A program made the position numbers and the translations under genes. This document shows, piece by piece, positions 11,495 to 23,863 of a stretch of DNA of 64,000 nt. The DNA lies in NCBI RefSeq assembly GCF_963921235.1, contig NC_086108.1, positions 109,308,001 through 109,372,000 on the forward strand, given 5' to 3'. The notes beneath the pieces were generated by a model. That model was not told where the DNA came from. It saw nothing but the letters and a program-made list of their open reading frames with translations, and ran no database searches. The DNA comes from Mobula hypostoma (Eukaryota). Each line of letters starts with the position of its first letter. Position 1 is the stretch's first letter.

Positions 11495-12512
11495 CATAGA
11501 AAACAGAAAACCTACAGCACAATACAGGCCCTTTGGCCCACAAAACTGTGCTGAATATGTACTTCCTTTAGAAATTACTCATAGCCCTCTACTTTTCTAG
11601 GCTCCACGTACCTGTCCAGGAGTCTCTTTAAAGACCCTATCGTATCTGACTCCACCACCGTTGCTGGCATCTCATTTCACTCACTCACCACTCTCTGCAT
11701 AAAAACTTACCCCTGACATCTCTTCTGTACCTACTTCCAAGCACCTTAAAGCTGTATCCTCTCGTGTTAGCCATCTCAGCCCTGGGAAAAAGCCTCTGAC
11801 TATCCACATGATCAATGCCTCTCATCATCTTATACACCTCTATCAGGTCACCTCTCATCATCCACCGCTCCAAGGAGAAAAGGTTGAGTTCACTCAACCT
11901 ATTCTCATAAGTCATGCTCCCCAATGCAGGCAACATCCTTGTAAATCTTCTCTGCACCCTTTCTATAGTTTCCACATCCTTCCTGTGGTAAGGTGACCAG
12001 AACTGAGCACAGTACTCCAAGTGGAGTCTGACCAGGTTCCCATATAGCTGCAACATTACCTCTCGGCTCCTAAACTCAGTCCCACAACTGATGAAGGCCA
12101 ATGCACCGTATGCTTTCTTAACCATTGATGCACTATCAATTACTCCAAAAGACTGGAAGTAGAGTAAATACAGAAAGGCTTTTATTAACAGTAAATGGAC
12201 CAATGTCCATGCTGAGTATCTGTCCTGCACTGTGGGAGGAGCAGTGACACAATCGCCTTTATTCAGGGGTCTGTGGGAGGAGCCACAGGAGCAGTCAGCA
12301 GAGGGACGTGTCCAGACAGGTAACCTAGTTACAACCTATATATATGGTTTACCACAACCATAGAGTCAACCTGTGCAGCAGCTTTGAGTGTCCTATGGAC
12401 TCGGACCCCAAGATCCTTCTGATCCTCTATACTGCCTAGAGTCTTACCATTAATACTATATTCTGCCATCATATTTGACCTGCCAAAATGAACCACCTCA
12501 GACTTATCTAGG
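11495..12512 (-). mobile_element. CR1 LINE 3' fragment interrupted by a solo LTR
   Basis: VKKAYGALAFI..LVRLHLEYCAQFWSPY..RGDLIEVYK; colinear on both sides of 12126-12356. Confidence 0.9.
12126..12356 (-). mobile_element. Solo LTR (231 bp) with 5-bp TSD ACCAT
   Basis: TG...CA termini; accat at 12121-12125 and 12357-12361; minus-strand AATAAA near 12181-12186. Confidence 0.88.
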
Positions 12513-12942
12513 TTCTAACATTTAACCGTCATTCATTCTTTGGGGCACTCCTCTGTTTTCATGGATGTTTGCGAAGAAAAAGAATTTCAGGATGTATATT
12601 GTATAAATTCTCCTCATATAACCCAACACTTATTCTACCATGCCCACTGGGCCTCTGGTCTCCCCCACACCGTTTCTGGCCCCTCCTCCACTCCGTAGCT
12701 GTAACAGGCGATACTGAGGCAAGAGGGTCTGGCCTGTGAAACAACACCAGGTCACGCTGCTCCTTTGCTGTCAGTCCCACCAATGAACCAATGAACTGGA
12801 CTTGCAGTATTTTGTATCACCAATGTCCAACAGGCTCTTGCAATCATAAGAAAACCGGTTAAGGCGACCAAGTTCGCCGCCATCTTACCAGAAGCTGCAG
12901 AGAATAGTGCACTCTTCCCAATGCATCACGAACACATCTCAC

Positions 12943-13088
12943 CTGTTGGAATGATCTAAAGGTTCGTTGGAAGTCAAGAATGAGGTGTAAAACTTATTGC
13001 TTCTGATTATTTTATTAAGTGTAACGAAAGACGGAAAATGAACAAGAGCAGTCAAGAGAACAAATAAAAGCATTTGTGGTCGTCTCAT
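12943..13088 (-). CDS. Candidate first coding exon of a secreted/membrane protein (MRRPQMLLFVLLTALVHFPSFVTLNKIIRSNKFYTSFLTSNEPLDHSN + phase-2 codon); exon 13121-12943 incl. 33-nt 5'UTR
   Basis: Acceptor ttattttacag|G at 13122/13121, donor CAG|gtgaga at 12943/12942, A at -3 of ATG, basic N-terminus + hydrophobic stretch, lies in non-repeat DNA; downstream exons not found in window. Confidence 0.55.
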
Positions 13089-13799
13089 ACTCTGAGTAGA
13101 GAACTAATGATAGTAATTAACCTGTAAAATAACCAGATTCAAGTAGTGTGACACTTGCTTCTGAAACTAAGAAGCTGCTAGAAAAATACAATAGCAACTA
13201 TACCATAATTACTGGAAAATTCACTAAACAATTTCATATATATAAATGATCATATCAAAGTACAAGCAAGCATAGAAAGTTAAGCTACATGAAAAATAAC
13301 AATTCTACACCACAATCCAACACTCCACACCATTAGCAGGATCTACACCAGGCACTGCCTGAATAATAGAATAGAATAGATTAGAATAGAATATTCAAAG
13401 ATTCAAGGATTCAAAGTACATTCATTATCAAAGTATGAATGCAATATACAACCTGAGACTCGTCTTCCCCACAGGCAGCCAGGAAACAAACCATGGAACC
13501 CGTTCAAAGAAAAACATCAAACCTCTCTGGACACACAAAGAAAAACAAATTGTGCAAAGGCAAAAAAAAAAGAGTGAAAAACACAGAAGATAAAACACAA
13601 AATCGAACTTACATACCCCACTTGCCCACACTCTCAGGGATTCTCTGAGTGAAGGAAGTTTCCCAACATTGAGATGTTATGTTGAATAACATTTTGAGGG
13701 CATCTAGAGAAAACTTAACTGCTTCTCCATGAAGCAGTATCTTGGAATCCTTGGTGTCCAACTCTGATGTAGAACTGATGGCCTTTATCTGACTCTATG

Positions 13800-14405
13800 T
13801 AGAGTCATAGAGCACTACAGCGTAGAAACTTCAGCCCATCTAGTCCATGGCAAACTATTATACTGCCGAGTCCCATCAACCTGCGCCTGGACCACAGCCC
13901 TCCATACTCCTCCCATCCACGTGCCTATCCAAACTTCCCTAAAATGTTGAAATCGAACCTGCGTCCACCACTTCCTGTGGCAGCATATTCCACACTCGTA
14001 CCACTTTTTGAGTGAAGAGATGCTCCTTGAACACTTAATCTTTCACCCTTAACCTATGACCTCTAGTTCTAGTTTCACCCGGTCTCTGTGGAAAAAGGCC
14101 ATTCATATTTAATCTATCAAAGCCCCTCATAATTTTGTATACCTCTATTAAATCTCCCCTCATTCTCCTACGCTCCAGTGAATAAAGTCCAAAACTATTC
14201 ACCAGTTTTCTGTAACTCGGGTCCTCAAGTCCTGGCAACACCTCTGTCCTGAAAGTAGGTGACCAGAGCTGCACACAATACTCCGATGTCTTATACAATT
14301 TCAACATTACATCCTAACTCCTGTACTCGATACTTTGATTTATGAAGGCCAACATGCTAAAAGTTCTCTTTATGACCCTATCCACCTGTGACACCACTCT
14401 CAGGG
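13800..14405 (-). mobile_element. CR1 LINE 3' fragment
   Basis: GLYSLERRRMRGDLIEVYKIMRGFDR..TRTRGH. Confidence 0.85.
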
Positions 14406-14519
14406 AATTCTAGCAAATCAGGATTAGAATCAGGTTTATTATCACTGACGTATGTTGTGAAATTTATTGTTGGCAGCAGCAATACAATGAAATACTTGAA
14501 ATATATGATAAATTATAAT

Positions 14520-15090
14520 AAGGTGTGTTGGGGCTGTCTACCATACCCAGTGCTCCTGAATGCAGCATCCTCTGTATTGGTGGGACCTAACATAGATTGG
14601 TGGACTGCTACTGCCTTGTTGAGCACCTCAATTCCATTGCAAAAAGCAGAATTTCCCAGTGGCCAACCATTTGAATTCCCATCCCCATTTCCGTTCTACC
14701 TTGTTGGTCCATGGCCTCCTCTTCTGCCATGATGAGGGCAGTCTTGGGTTGGAGGAGCAACACATTCTGCCCAGGTAGCCTCCAACCTGATGGGATTTTC
14801 CCCCTCCCCGTTTCCACTTCTTCAATTCCCCACTTTGGCCTCTTACTTCCTCTCCTCACCTATCCATCGCTGCTAATTGGTGCCCCTTGTCCTCTGTTTC
14901 CCGTGGTCCACTCTCCTCTCCAATCAGATTCCTTCATCTCCAGATCTTTGCCTTTTTCATTTTTCACCTCCCAGCTTCTCACTTCCCCCACCCACCTGCC
15001 TTCACCTGTCACCTTCTAGCTTGTACTCCTTCCCCTCCCTTCACTTTCTTATTCCAGTATCTTCCCCCTTGCTCTCCAGTCCTGATGAAG
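14520..15090 (+). mobile_element. Degraded Penelope-like 3' fragment
   Basis: cccagtggccaaccattt..ggttggaggagcaacac..ggtagcctccaacctgatgg, pyrimidine tail ending cagtcctgatgaag (truncated hammerhead). Confidence 0.75.
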
Positions 15091-15430
15091 TCTGCCCGTT
15101 TATTTCTTCTGTCAAAGTGCATAACCATACACTTTCCAACATTGTATTTCATTTGCCACTTCTTTGCCCATTCTTCCAATCTATCCAAGTCTCTCTGCAG
15201 ACTCTCTGTTTCCTCAGCACTACCGGCCCCTCCACCTATCTTCGTATCATCAGCAAACTTAGCCACAAAGCCATCTATTCCATAATCCAAATCGTTGATG
15301 CACAATGTAAAAAGTAGCGGCCCCAACACGGATCCCTGTGGAACACCGCTGGTAACCGGCAGCCAATCAGAATAGGATCCCTTTATTCCCGCTCTCTGTT
15401 TCCTGCCAATCAGCCAACGCCCTATCCATG
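15091..15430 (-). mobile_element. CR1 RT core fragment
   Basis: VTSGVPQGSVLGPLLF..KFADDTKIGG..WQMKYNVGKC. Confidence 0.9.
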
Positions 15431-16052
15431 TAAACACGAGGAATTCTGCAGATGCTGGAAACTCAAGCAACACACATCAAAGTTGCTGGTGAATGCAGCA
15501 GGCCAGGCAGTATCTCTAGGTGGAGGTACAGTCGACATTTCAGGCCGAGACCCTTCGTCAGGACTAACTGAAGGAAGAGCTAGTAAGAGATTTGTAAGTG
15601 GGAGGGGGAGGGGGAGATCCAAAATGATAGGAGAAGACAGGAGGGGGAGGGATGGAGCCAAGAACTGGACAGGTGATTGGCAAAAGGGACATGAGAAGAT
15701 CATGGGACAGGAGGCCCAGGGAGAAGGAAAAGGGATAATGGATGGAGTACGAGGGAGAGGTGGGGCATTAGCGGAAGTTAGAGAAGTCAATGTTCATGCC
15801 ATCAGGTTGGAGGCTACCCAGACGGAATATAAGGTGTTGTTCCTCCAACCTGAGTGTGGCTTCATCTTTACAGTAGAGGAGGCCGTGGATAGACATATCA
15901 GAATGGGAATGGGATGTGGAATTAAAATGTGTGGCCACTGGGAGATCCTGCTTTCTCTGGCGGACAGAGCGTAGGTGTTCAGCAAAACGATCTCCCAGTC
16001 TGCATCAGGTCTCGCCAATATATGGAAGGCCACATCAGGAGCACTGGACCAG
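15431..16052 (-). mobile_element. Penelope-like 3' fragment with hammerhead motif (15529-15566)
   Basis: GIY-YIG C-terminal sequence and tail; tagtcCTGACGAagggtctcggcctGAAAtGTCgactg on minus strand. Confidence 0.88.
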
Positions 16053-16160
16053 ACTGAGCCATATCCATTACTTTTTGTAGGATTTTCATTCAAGGACATT
16101 GGTGTTTCCGGACCAGGCTGTGACTTAACCAGTCAATGTGCTTTCTATTACAGGTACAAG

Positions 16161-16579
16161 TGTCACAACCATGGATTTGGCAGCGAGGTAGATACGGCAA
16201 TTGCGCTTGTGAATTTGCACATGTCAGCTAATTATTCAATCGTGATAGTATTTAATTCCATACGTGTCGTCGTAGTGCTTGTCGAGACTTGGACAGAGAA
16301 CAGCAACGCTTCGCTGTCTGTTCTGCTTTCAGCCTTTTCCCTGAGAAATTGGACTTTTGAGTCAACTGACTTCGAAGACCAGCGGTATTCGTTTAATGTT
16401 TAGATTTCCTTTTCAGCTGCAGTAAAGGCTTCGGTTCCTATTTGAGAGTTTTAGTTAACGGCCCTATTTGACCTTGTATTTATTGTTTATTTTCCCTTAA
16501 ACACTGTTCACAATAAAGTTTGTGAACTATCGACCTGCTTCAATATCTCTCACTCCGCACATATCTGAACCCGGTAACA
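16161..16579 (+). mobile_element. Solo LTR (419 bp) with 5-bp TSD ACAAG
   Basis: TGTCAC...GTAACA termini; acaag at 16156-16160 and 16580-16584; AATAAA at 16512-16517. Confidence 0.9.
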
Positions 16580-17339
16580 ACAAGAGTGCGAGTGCAAGAA
16601 AAATGCCAATCCTAACCCCCAATCCAACAAAGGCAAGTGGAGTTCATTCTGATAAACAAAAAAGTTTCTTCACTGAGATTTTTCTTTTTTCCCACTTTTC
16701 TTGCTTAGTAGGGTTTTTTTTCATCACAAAATTTTTTCAATCTTTATATAATGTGTTTTTTTCTTGAGACATTGTAAGTGTTGTTTACTTCGATATACTC
16801 GTGTTTATTTTGGGAAAAAAATAATAAAAATATTTGAAAGGAAAGAAAGGGAGGAGGCACAAGAGCCTCGGGACTTACACCACCAGGTTCAGGAAGAGTT
16901 ACTACCCATCAACCATCAGTTTCTCGAACCAAATAGGATAACTTCACTTGCCCCATCATTGAAGTGTTCCCACAACCTATGGGCTCATTTTCAAGGATTG
17001 TTCATCTGACGACCTCCATATTTACTGCTGATTTATTTATTATTATTATTTCTTCTCTTTCCATTTGCACAGTTTATTGTCTTGTGCACTCTGATTGAAC
17101 ACCTTAGTTGCGCAGTCTTTCACTGATATAGTTGCATCTCTATAGATTTCTTGAAAATGCCCACAAGAAAATGAACCTCAGGGTTGTATTGTATACGTGA
17201 CATATTTGTAATTTGATAATAAAATTTACTTTGAACATTGAGCTTTGAACAATCGAATGGCACATCATGTCAGTGATCCATGTGAGTAGTGATGGTACGA
17301 TTGATATTTGCTTACTATTGTCACATCCACCAACATCCA

Positions 17340-17705
17340 TTTCACAGCTTGGTATGGCAAGTGCTCTGCACTTGACCCCAAGAAACTGCAGAAAGTTGTG
17401 GGCACAGCTCAATACATCATGGAAACCAGCCTCCCGGCCATGGACTCTGTCTATACTTCTTGTTTTATGATTAAAGCAGCCAGCATAATCAAACACCTCA
17501 CCCACCCTGGGTATTCTCTCTTCTCCCCTCTCTCGTCGGACGGAAGATGCAAAAGCCTGAATGCATGTACCACCAGGCTCAAGGACAACTTCTAGCTGAC
17601 TGTTATAAGACTATTGAACGGTCTTCTAGTATAATCGTTTGAAGTCTGCATCTCATATCCTATTTCATTATGACTCTATATGTTATTGTCCTTTGCACTT
17701 TCTCT
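17340..17705 (+). mobile_element. Rex1/Babar 3' fragment
   Basis: TAWYGKCSALDPKKLQKVVGTAQYI..HPGYSLFSPLSSDGR..TTRLKDNF. Confidence 0.85.
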
Positions 17706-17719
17706 GTAACACTAGAGCG

Positions 17720-18040
17720 CCACAATAATGTAGTGGTTAGCATTATTGTGGGTGGTAGTGGTTAGCATTATTGTTAGCATTACAGCTTGGGTTGTCGGAG
17801 TTCAGATTTCAGTTCTTGCGTCCTTTGTAAGAAAGTTGGTATGTTATTCCTATGCGGAAATCAGTTTCCTCCGGGTGCTCCAGTTTCCTCCCACTGTCCT
17901 AAGATGACTGATTAGTAAGTTAATTAATTGGTCATTGTAAATTGTCCTGTGTGATTAGACTAGAGTTAAACCAGGGATTGCTGGGCACTGTGGTTTTTGG
18001 GCCAGAAAGGCCTGCTGTGTGTCCACTGTATCTCGAAATA
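17720..18040 (+). mobile_element. V-SINE (tRNA-derived)
   Basis: tRNA-like head tagtggttagc, V-domain tttcctccgggtgctccagtttcctcccac. Confidence 0.75.
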
Positions 18041-18416
18041 GATTAAACACTTCATTCTGCATTCTGTTATTGTTTTCCTTGCACGGTTGTAATAAAATGA
18101 TTTGTATGTATGGCCTTCAAGACAATGTTTTCACTGTACCTCAGTACATGCAACAAGAACAAACCAATCTACAAATTTAATCCTTCCACTCAGTACTTTA
18201 TTTGTTTTGATGGCTCTTAAAAGGGATGGGAGGGAGAGAGGGGGGGAGTTCAGGAATAGCTACTTCAAAATTCAAAGTAATCTTATTATCAAAGTCGCCA
18301 CATAGAGCATTGAGATTCACTTTCTTATGGCATACTCAATAAATCCAAGAACCACAAAAGAATCAGTGAAAGACCACACACAACAGGACGAACAACCAAC
18401 GTGACAACAAACTGTT

Positions 18417-18582
18417 TGAAATTAAAGAAGATCGGTAGTTTAGGTTGGCCACTTGTTTGTAGGGTTCGAGATCGGAGTTTACTGTAGGTCGCAAACGTTT
18501 GGTCAGCAGTTGAGGAGACATCGTCAGTGCGCAACAGAATGTTGTTTCTGCCGAATGCTAACATTTATACTGGTCCGACTCA
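18417..18582 (-). mobile_element. Candidate very small solo LTR (166 bp)
   Basis: TGA...TCA termini, flanks ctgtt/ttgtt, CpG-rich, interrupts a Rex1 tail; minus-strand TATAAAT and AGTAAA. Confidence 0.5.
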
Positions 18583-19694
18583 TTGTTCAAATACAAACGA
18601 AAAACAGAAATAATAATAATAAATAAATAAACAATAATAAATCATGCAATAAAAAATAAGTAATAAATATCGAGGACATGAGATAAAGAATCCTTGAAAG
18701 TAAGTCCAAAGGTTGTGGAAAAGTTCAGTGTTGGGGTGAGTGAAGTTGAGTGAAGTTATCTCAGGTGCCTAATGTCTGAGGGGTAGTAACTCTTCCTGAA
18801 CCTACTGGTGTGGATCCTCAGGCTCCTGTATTTCTTTCCTGATGGTAGCAGTAAGAACAGAGCATGGCCCACAACCAACATGCTTTTGAAAAGACATGAG
18901 TAACCCTAACGCTACCTCAGCAACACAAAACTATGGACCACCTCTTTCACTACCACGGATTTGTTTCACATTGTGTTTTTATTGTGTTTTTGCACTAATT
19001 ACTTGTTTTACACCACCCGTTTCCTCATTATATTCTGTGTGTTCTTGGTGATGTTGCTACAAGTAGATTTTTCACTGTAGTTGAACCTCACTAGACTTGT
19101 GCACTAGTCAATAAATTCATCTTACAGTAAGTAACACACAAAATGCTGGAGCAATTCTGCAGGTCAGGCAGCATCTAATAAAGAGCTGACTTTTTGGATC
19201 AAGACCATTCATCAGATCTGATAATGATAACGCCTATTGTGTATTCAGGTCCATAGACCTGCTGAGTTCCTCCTGAATCTTGTGCATGTTTCTTTGGATT
19301 CCTAATGTCTGCAGAACCTCTTGTGTTTATGAAACATCGACAGTTCGTTTTTCTCTATAGACGCTGCCTGACCTGCTGAGCTCCTCCAGCATTTTGAGTG
19401 TGTTGTTCTGGGTTTTCAGCAGCTGCAGATCGTCTTGTGTTCAGGATTTGATATTCTTTTTCTCCCTCCATCCACCTTCCTACCCATTCACACAGACAGC
19501 CCTCCAGTCCCAGGGCGGGCCACCCCCAGACCTCCAGCTTCCATTGGACTTGCAGACATCGGGCCTCTGGCTTCCTTTGTGAACTCACAGTCTCGCAGAA
19601 CGAGGGTTCAGTCATCATACTTCTGGTAACCTTTGGGCTTCCAAAATTATCTTGACCCTAGGTGGATTTGCAAACCACAGCAAACGGTGCTCAG

Positions 19695-20365
19695 AAGACC
19701 ATAAGACATAGGAGCAAAATTAGGCCAATCAGACCACTCCATCTTCCTTCTCAACACCATTCTCCTGCCTTCTCCCCGTAATCTTTAACATCCTTCCGAA
19801 TCAAGAACCTATCCGCTTGAAATACGCATATTCAGTGAATAATCCTCCACAGCCATCTGTAGCAATGAATTCTGCAGATTCACTGCTCCCTTAAATTCTT
19901 CCTAATCTCCCATCTAAAGGGACGGCCTTGTAATTCTGAGGCTGTGCTCCCTGGTCCTGGACTCACCCTTAATAGGAAGCATCCTCTCCACAGCCACGCT
20001 ATCCAGGCCTTTCAATATTTGACAGGTTTCAATGAGATTCCCCTCCGCCATTCTCCTAAACTCAAACGAGTACAGGGTCAGAGCCATAAAACACCCCATA
20101 AAACACCCCAGGGTTTCCCAACCTCGGGTACATGTAACCCTCGGTTAATGGTAGGGACCCATGGCATAAAGAAGTTCGGGAACCCTTGCCTTATACATTA
20201 AAACTTTCATTCCCAGGATCATTCTCATGAACCCTCTCCAATGTCAGCACGTCCTTTCTTAAACTGCTCTCAATACTCTAAGTGCGGTCTGACGAATGCC
20301 TTGTAAAACCTCAGCATTACATCCTCTCTTTTACATTCTAATCCTCTGGAAACGAATGCTAACAT
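19695..20365 (-). mobile_element. CR1 LINE 3' fragment carrying a hAT mini-MITE (~20109-20188)
   Basis: LYSFEFRRM..NLIETCQILKGLD..GESRTREHSL; MITE ends cagggtttcccaacc / gggaacccttg. Confidence 0.85.
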
Positions 20366-21574
20366 TATGTATTTACTTATTCATTGAGATACAGCACAGA
20401 ATAGGCCTTTCTCCCACTCTGCCCAGCAATCCTCCAATTTAACCCTAGATGAACCACAGGACAATTTACAATGACCAATCAACCTACCGACCAGTACATC
20501 TTTGGACTGTGGGAGGAATCCAAAGCACCTGGAGTAAACCCATGCGGCCATTGGGAGAATGTACAAACTCCTTCCAGACAGCAGTGAGACCACAAGAGCC
20601 ACAGGCACTGGAAGTTAAAATACGGCAGGAACTAATTCTTAATTAGCTGAAATATCATTAATTGCATTCGTGATGAACTAGCAAAAGTGAAATTAGTCCT
20701 TTGCTTATCCTTTATGGATTCCAGATTTGCTGTTCATTAATAACTTCATTAAGTTGTGACTGATCCGATATGTGTTTAGTCCCGTGAGCTGTGAACTAAT
20801 ATTTCCATCATCTATCATTGCACATGTCTTGAGAACGAAAATGGGACTAATATTGACAAACAGATTGTGTGTGTCTGGCATTGGAGACTGTACTCATGAA
20901 TATCCAGTCTCTATTGCTCAGGCTCCCTCATTGCTTCTACTAACCCTAGGACCACGCTGATATATTCTTCAACATCTGTCACGTCCTTGAGAAATGATCC
21001 ATCTGACGCAATGTCAAGGGACACATTATAATACACTTTGCATAACGCAGCGTAAAATGTAATGTGAAGAAGTTGCGTCCATGAGACCAATAGATCACTG
21101 AGGGCCGTTAAGGCCAAAGGCAGAATGAGGGAAAGTCACAGTGTTGTACACCACAGAATCAGGCCTTTCAGTCCAAGTCATCCAAGCCAACTATCAAATG
21201 AGGGCCCTGTGACCACATGGGCTTCCAGTTTCCTCCCACATTCCAAAGGCATACAGCTGGGATTAGTTAGTGTGTGTGTGCTATGTTGCTGACACTTGCA
21301 CACTGCCCTCAGCACATCATTGACTGTACTGGTAGCTGATGCAAGCAACGTATTTCACTGGAAAGTGTGTTTTGATGTGTCGATGTATATGTGACAAATA
21401 AAGCTAATCTTTAATTCACATCCCCTATTCGTTGTATGTTCCCAGAGTCATAGAGCTATACAGTCTGAAAACAGGCCCTTTTATACATGAGTCTTTCTAA
21501 AAGCCTCTTAACTACATCTATTACTATCCCTGGCAGCCTGTTTCAGGTATGTACCACAGTCTGTGAAAAAACTT

Positions 21575-22860
21575 AGACCATAAGACCAGAATTAGGTCAT
21601 TCAGCCCAACTGAATCTGCTCCACCATTCCAATGGCTGATTTATTATCTCTCTCAACCCCATTCTCCTGCCTTCTCCCCATAACCTTTAATCCCCTGACT
21701 AACCAAGAACCTATCAACCTCTGCTTTAAATATACTCAATGGCTTGGCCTTCACAGCTACCCATGGCAACAAATCCCATTGACTCACCGCCTTCTAGTTA
21801 AAGAAATTCTCCCTTATCTCTATTCTAAATGGGTATCCCTCTATTCTGAGGCTGTACCCTCTGGAGCTTGACTCCCCCACCATAGGAAACATCCTCCCCA
21901 CATCTACTCTTCAATATTCAATAGATTTCAATGAGATTTCCCCTCATTCTTCTAAACGCCAGTGAGCACAGGGTCAAAGCCATCAAGAGCTTTTTACATG
22001 TTAACCCTTTCATTTCCAGAATCTTTCCTGTGAACCTCTTCTGAACCTTCTGGAACAGCACATCTTTTCTTAGATAAGGAGCCCAAAGGTAACCTGCAAA
22101 TTAGCCTTCAGTAAATCCTGCACAATGATTCCTTTTGCACCTCTGATTTTTGAATTTTCTCCCCAATTAGAATATAGTTTGTGGCTTTATTCCTTCTACC
22201 AAAGTGCATGACCAAACATCTCCCTACATTATATTCCATCAAGCAATTCTTTGCCCATTCTCCCAATCTATCTAAGTCCTTCTGCAGACTCCCTGCTTCC
22301 TCAACACTACCTGGCTACAAAGACATGAATTTCATCATCCAAATCATTGACAAACAACATGAAAAGTAGTGGTCTCAATACCGACCCCCGTGGAACACTA
22401 CTAGGTACTGGCAGCCAACAAAATAGAAACCTTTTATTCCCACTCTTTGCCTCCTGCCAATCGGCCAATTTTCTGTCCATGTTAGTATCTTTCCTGTTAT
22501 ATCATGGGCTCTTAATTTGTTAAGCAGCCTCATGTGGAGCATCTTCTTAACATGATTGAACCTACTTTGTCTATTCTGCCTGTTATTTCCTCAAAGAATT
22601 CCAATAGATTTGTCAGATTTCTCCTTAACGAAACCATGTTGACTTTGGCCTACTTTTTCATGTGTCTCCAAGTAACCAGAAACCACATCCTTAACAATCA
22701 ACTCAACCATCTTCCCAACCACTGAGGTCAAGCTAACTGGCCTATAGTGTCCTTTCTTCTACCTCCCTACCTTCTTAAAGTGTGGAGTGGCATTTGCAAT
22801 TTTCCATTTTTGCAGAATCATTCCAGGTTCGTGTTACTTGAAAGATCATTATTTATGGCT
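21575..22860 (-). mobile_element. Decayed CR1 ORF2 (RT to 3' UTR) with internal deletions
   Basis: Minus strand contains PVSLTSVVGKM, SSVPRGSVL and CR1 3' UTR. Confidence 0.8.
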
Positions 22861-23187
22861 CTCAAACTCATCCTCATGCCTTCTTCCCATAATCTTTGAT
22901 GTCCTTACTCACCAAGAACCTATCAAACTCCACTATAAATGTACCCAATGACTTTCTCTGCATATCCTCTTTAAACTTTCTCCCTGTTGCCATAAAGCTA
23001 CGTTCTCTATTATCTGATATTTCTATCCTGGGAAAAATATTCTGGCTGTCTACCCTATCAATGAAGGAAGCATAATGGTGAAGAAACAGAGCTTCCAAAA
23101 TTAAGGAATTGCTTTCCTGTTTTTGCTCACAGTTACCTAGAAATGCATTTTTTTAATGTTTGTGATATTATTGACAATATATGACCG

Positions 23188-23752
23188 TGAGGTTGTCATA
23201 GCCGGAGTAGTAGTGGGGGGTAAGCTCCCACTATCTATTAAATGCTCCCAATGGCCTGCATCTCAAATAGCCTCTGACAACCACGTCCAGCTCTTAGCCT
23301 TCACACGTGGTTTAGCTACTAAGCCCGGCAGAACCATTTCTACTGACAGGAGAAGGAGCAAAGGTGGCCTTAAAACCAGTCGCTTCGGCCAGATGGGGCC
23401 CGTCAGCTATGGTTAGCAGCTCATCGAGGGGAAGGAAAATCCTAATCTCAAAACTTTGCTGCCTTGTGGCTACACCCATTCATGGGAGAGGTTCCGGAGT
23501 AAACCCCGAGGGAAAAATCGGGAGCTGGAGTCCCTAAGGCAGTCCTACGTGAAGTTCAACACTGGCTGGCAACTCCTGCGATGCTGCTGGTGCCAAACTC
23601 CATCAGTCTCTGCCGTTCCTTTGGATTCATCGACTATTTGGAGAGGGGAAGCCTACTACATGGGCAATAGCTTGTTCTCTGTTTCATACTGCCCAGGCTT
23701 CTGAGACAGCTCAGACCCAACATCCATGGTCGAGCCAATGAACGGAGGGCTC
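23188..23752 (+). mobile_element. Non-autonomous RTE/Vingi-type retroelement (second copy 29193-29720)
   Basis: Two colinear copies share taagctcccacta..tttctactgacaggagaaggagc..ggagtaaaccc..ccctaaggcagtcc. Confidence 0.7.
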
Positions 23753-23863
23753 TAAATGACACAAGATATGAGAACCGTTTTGGAGACTCATTTTCATCAA
23801 ACAGCATTTCTGAAGATCAATTCCCTAAAATTGCCTCACTGTTCTTGTACACATGTAGACTTA

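Noticed and set aside
23188..23420. HDV-like ribozyme at RTE/Vingi-type 5' ends
   Set aside because: Plausible for these families, but I could not assign P1-P4 pairings by eye; needs an RNAMotif/Infernal search
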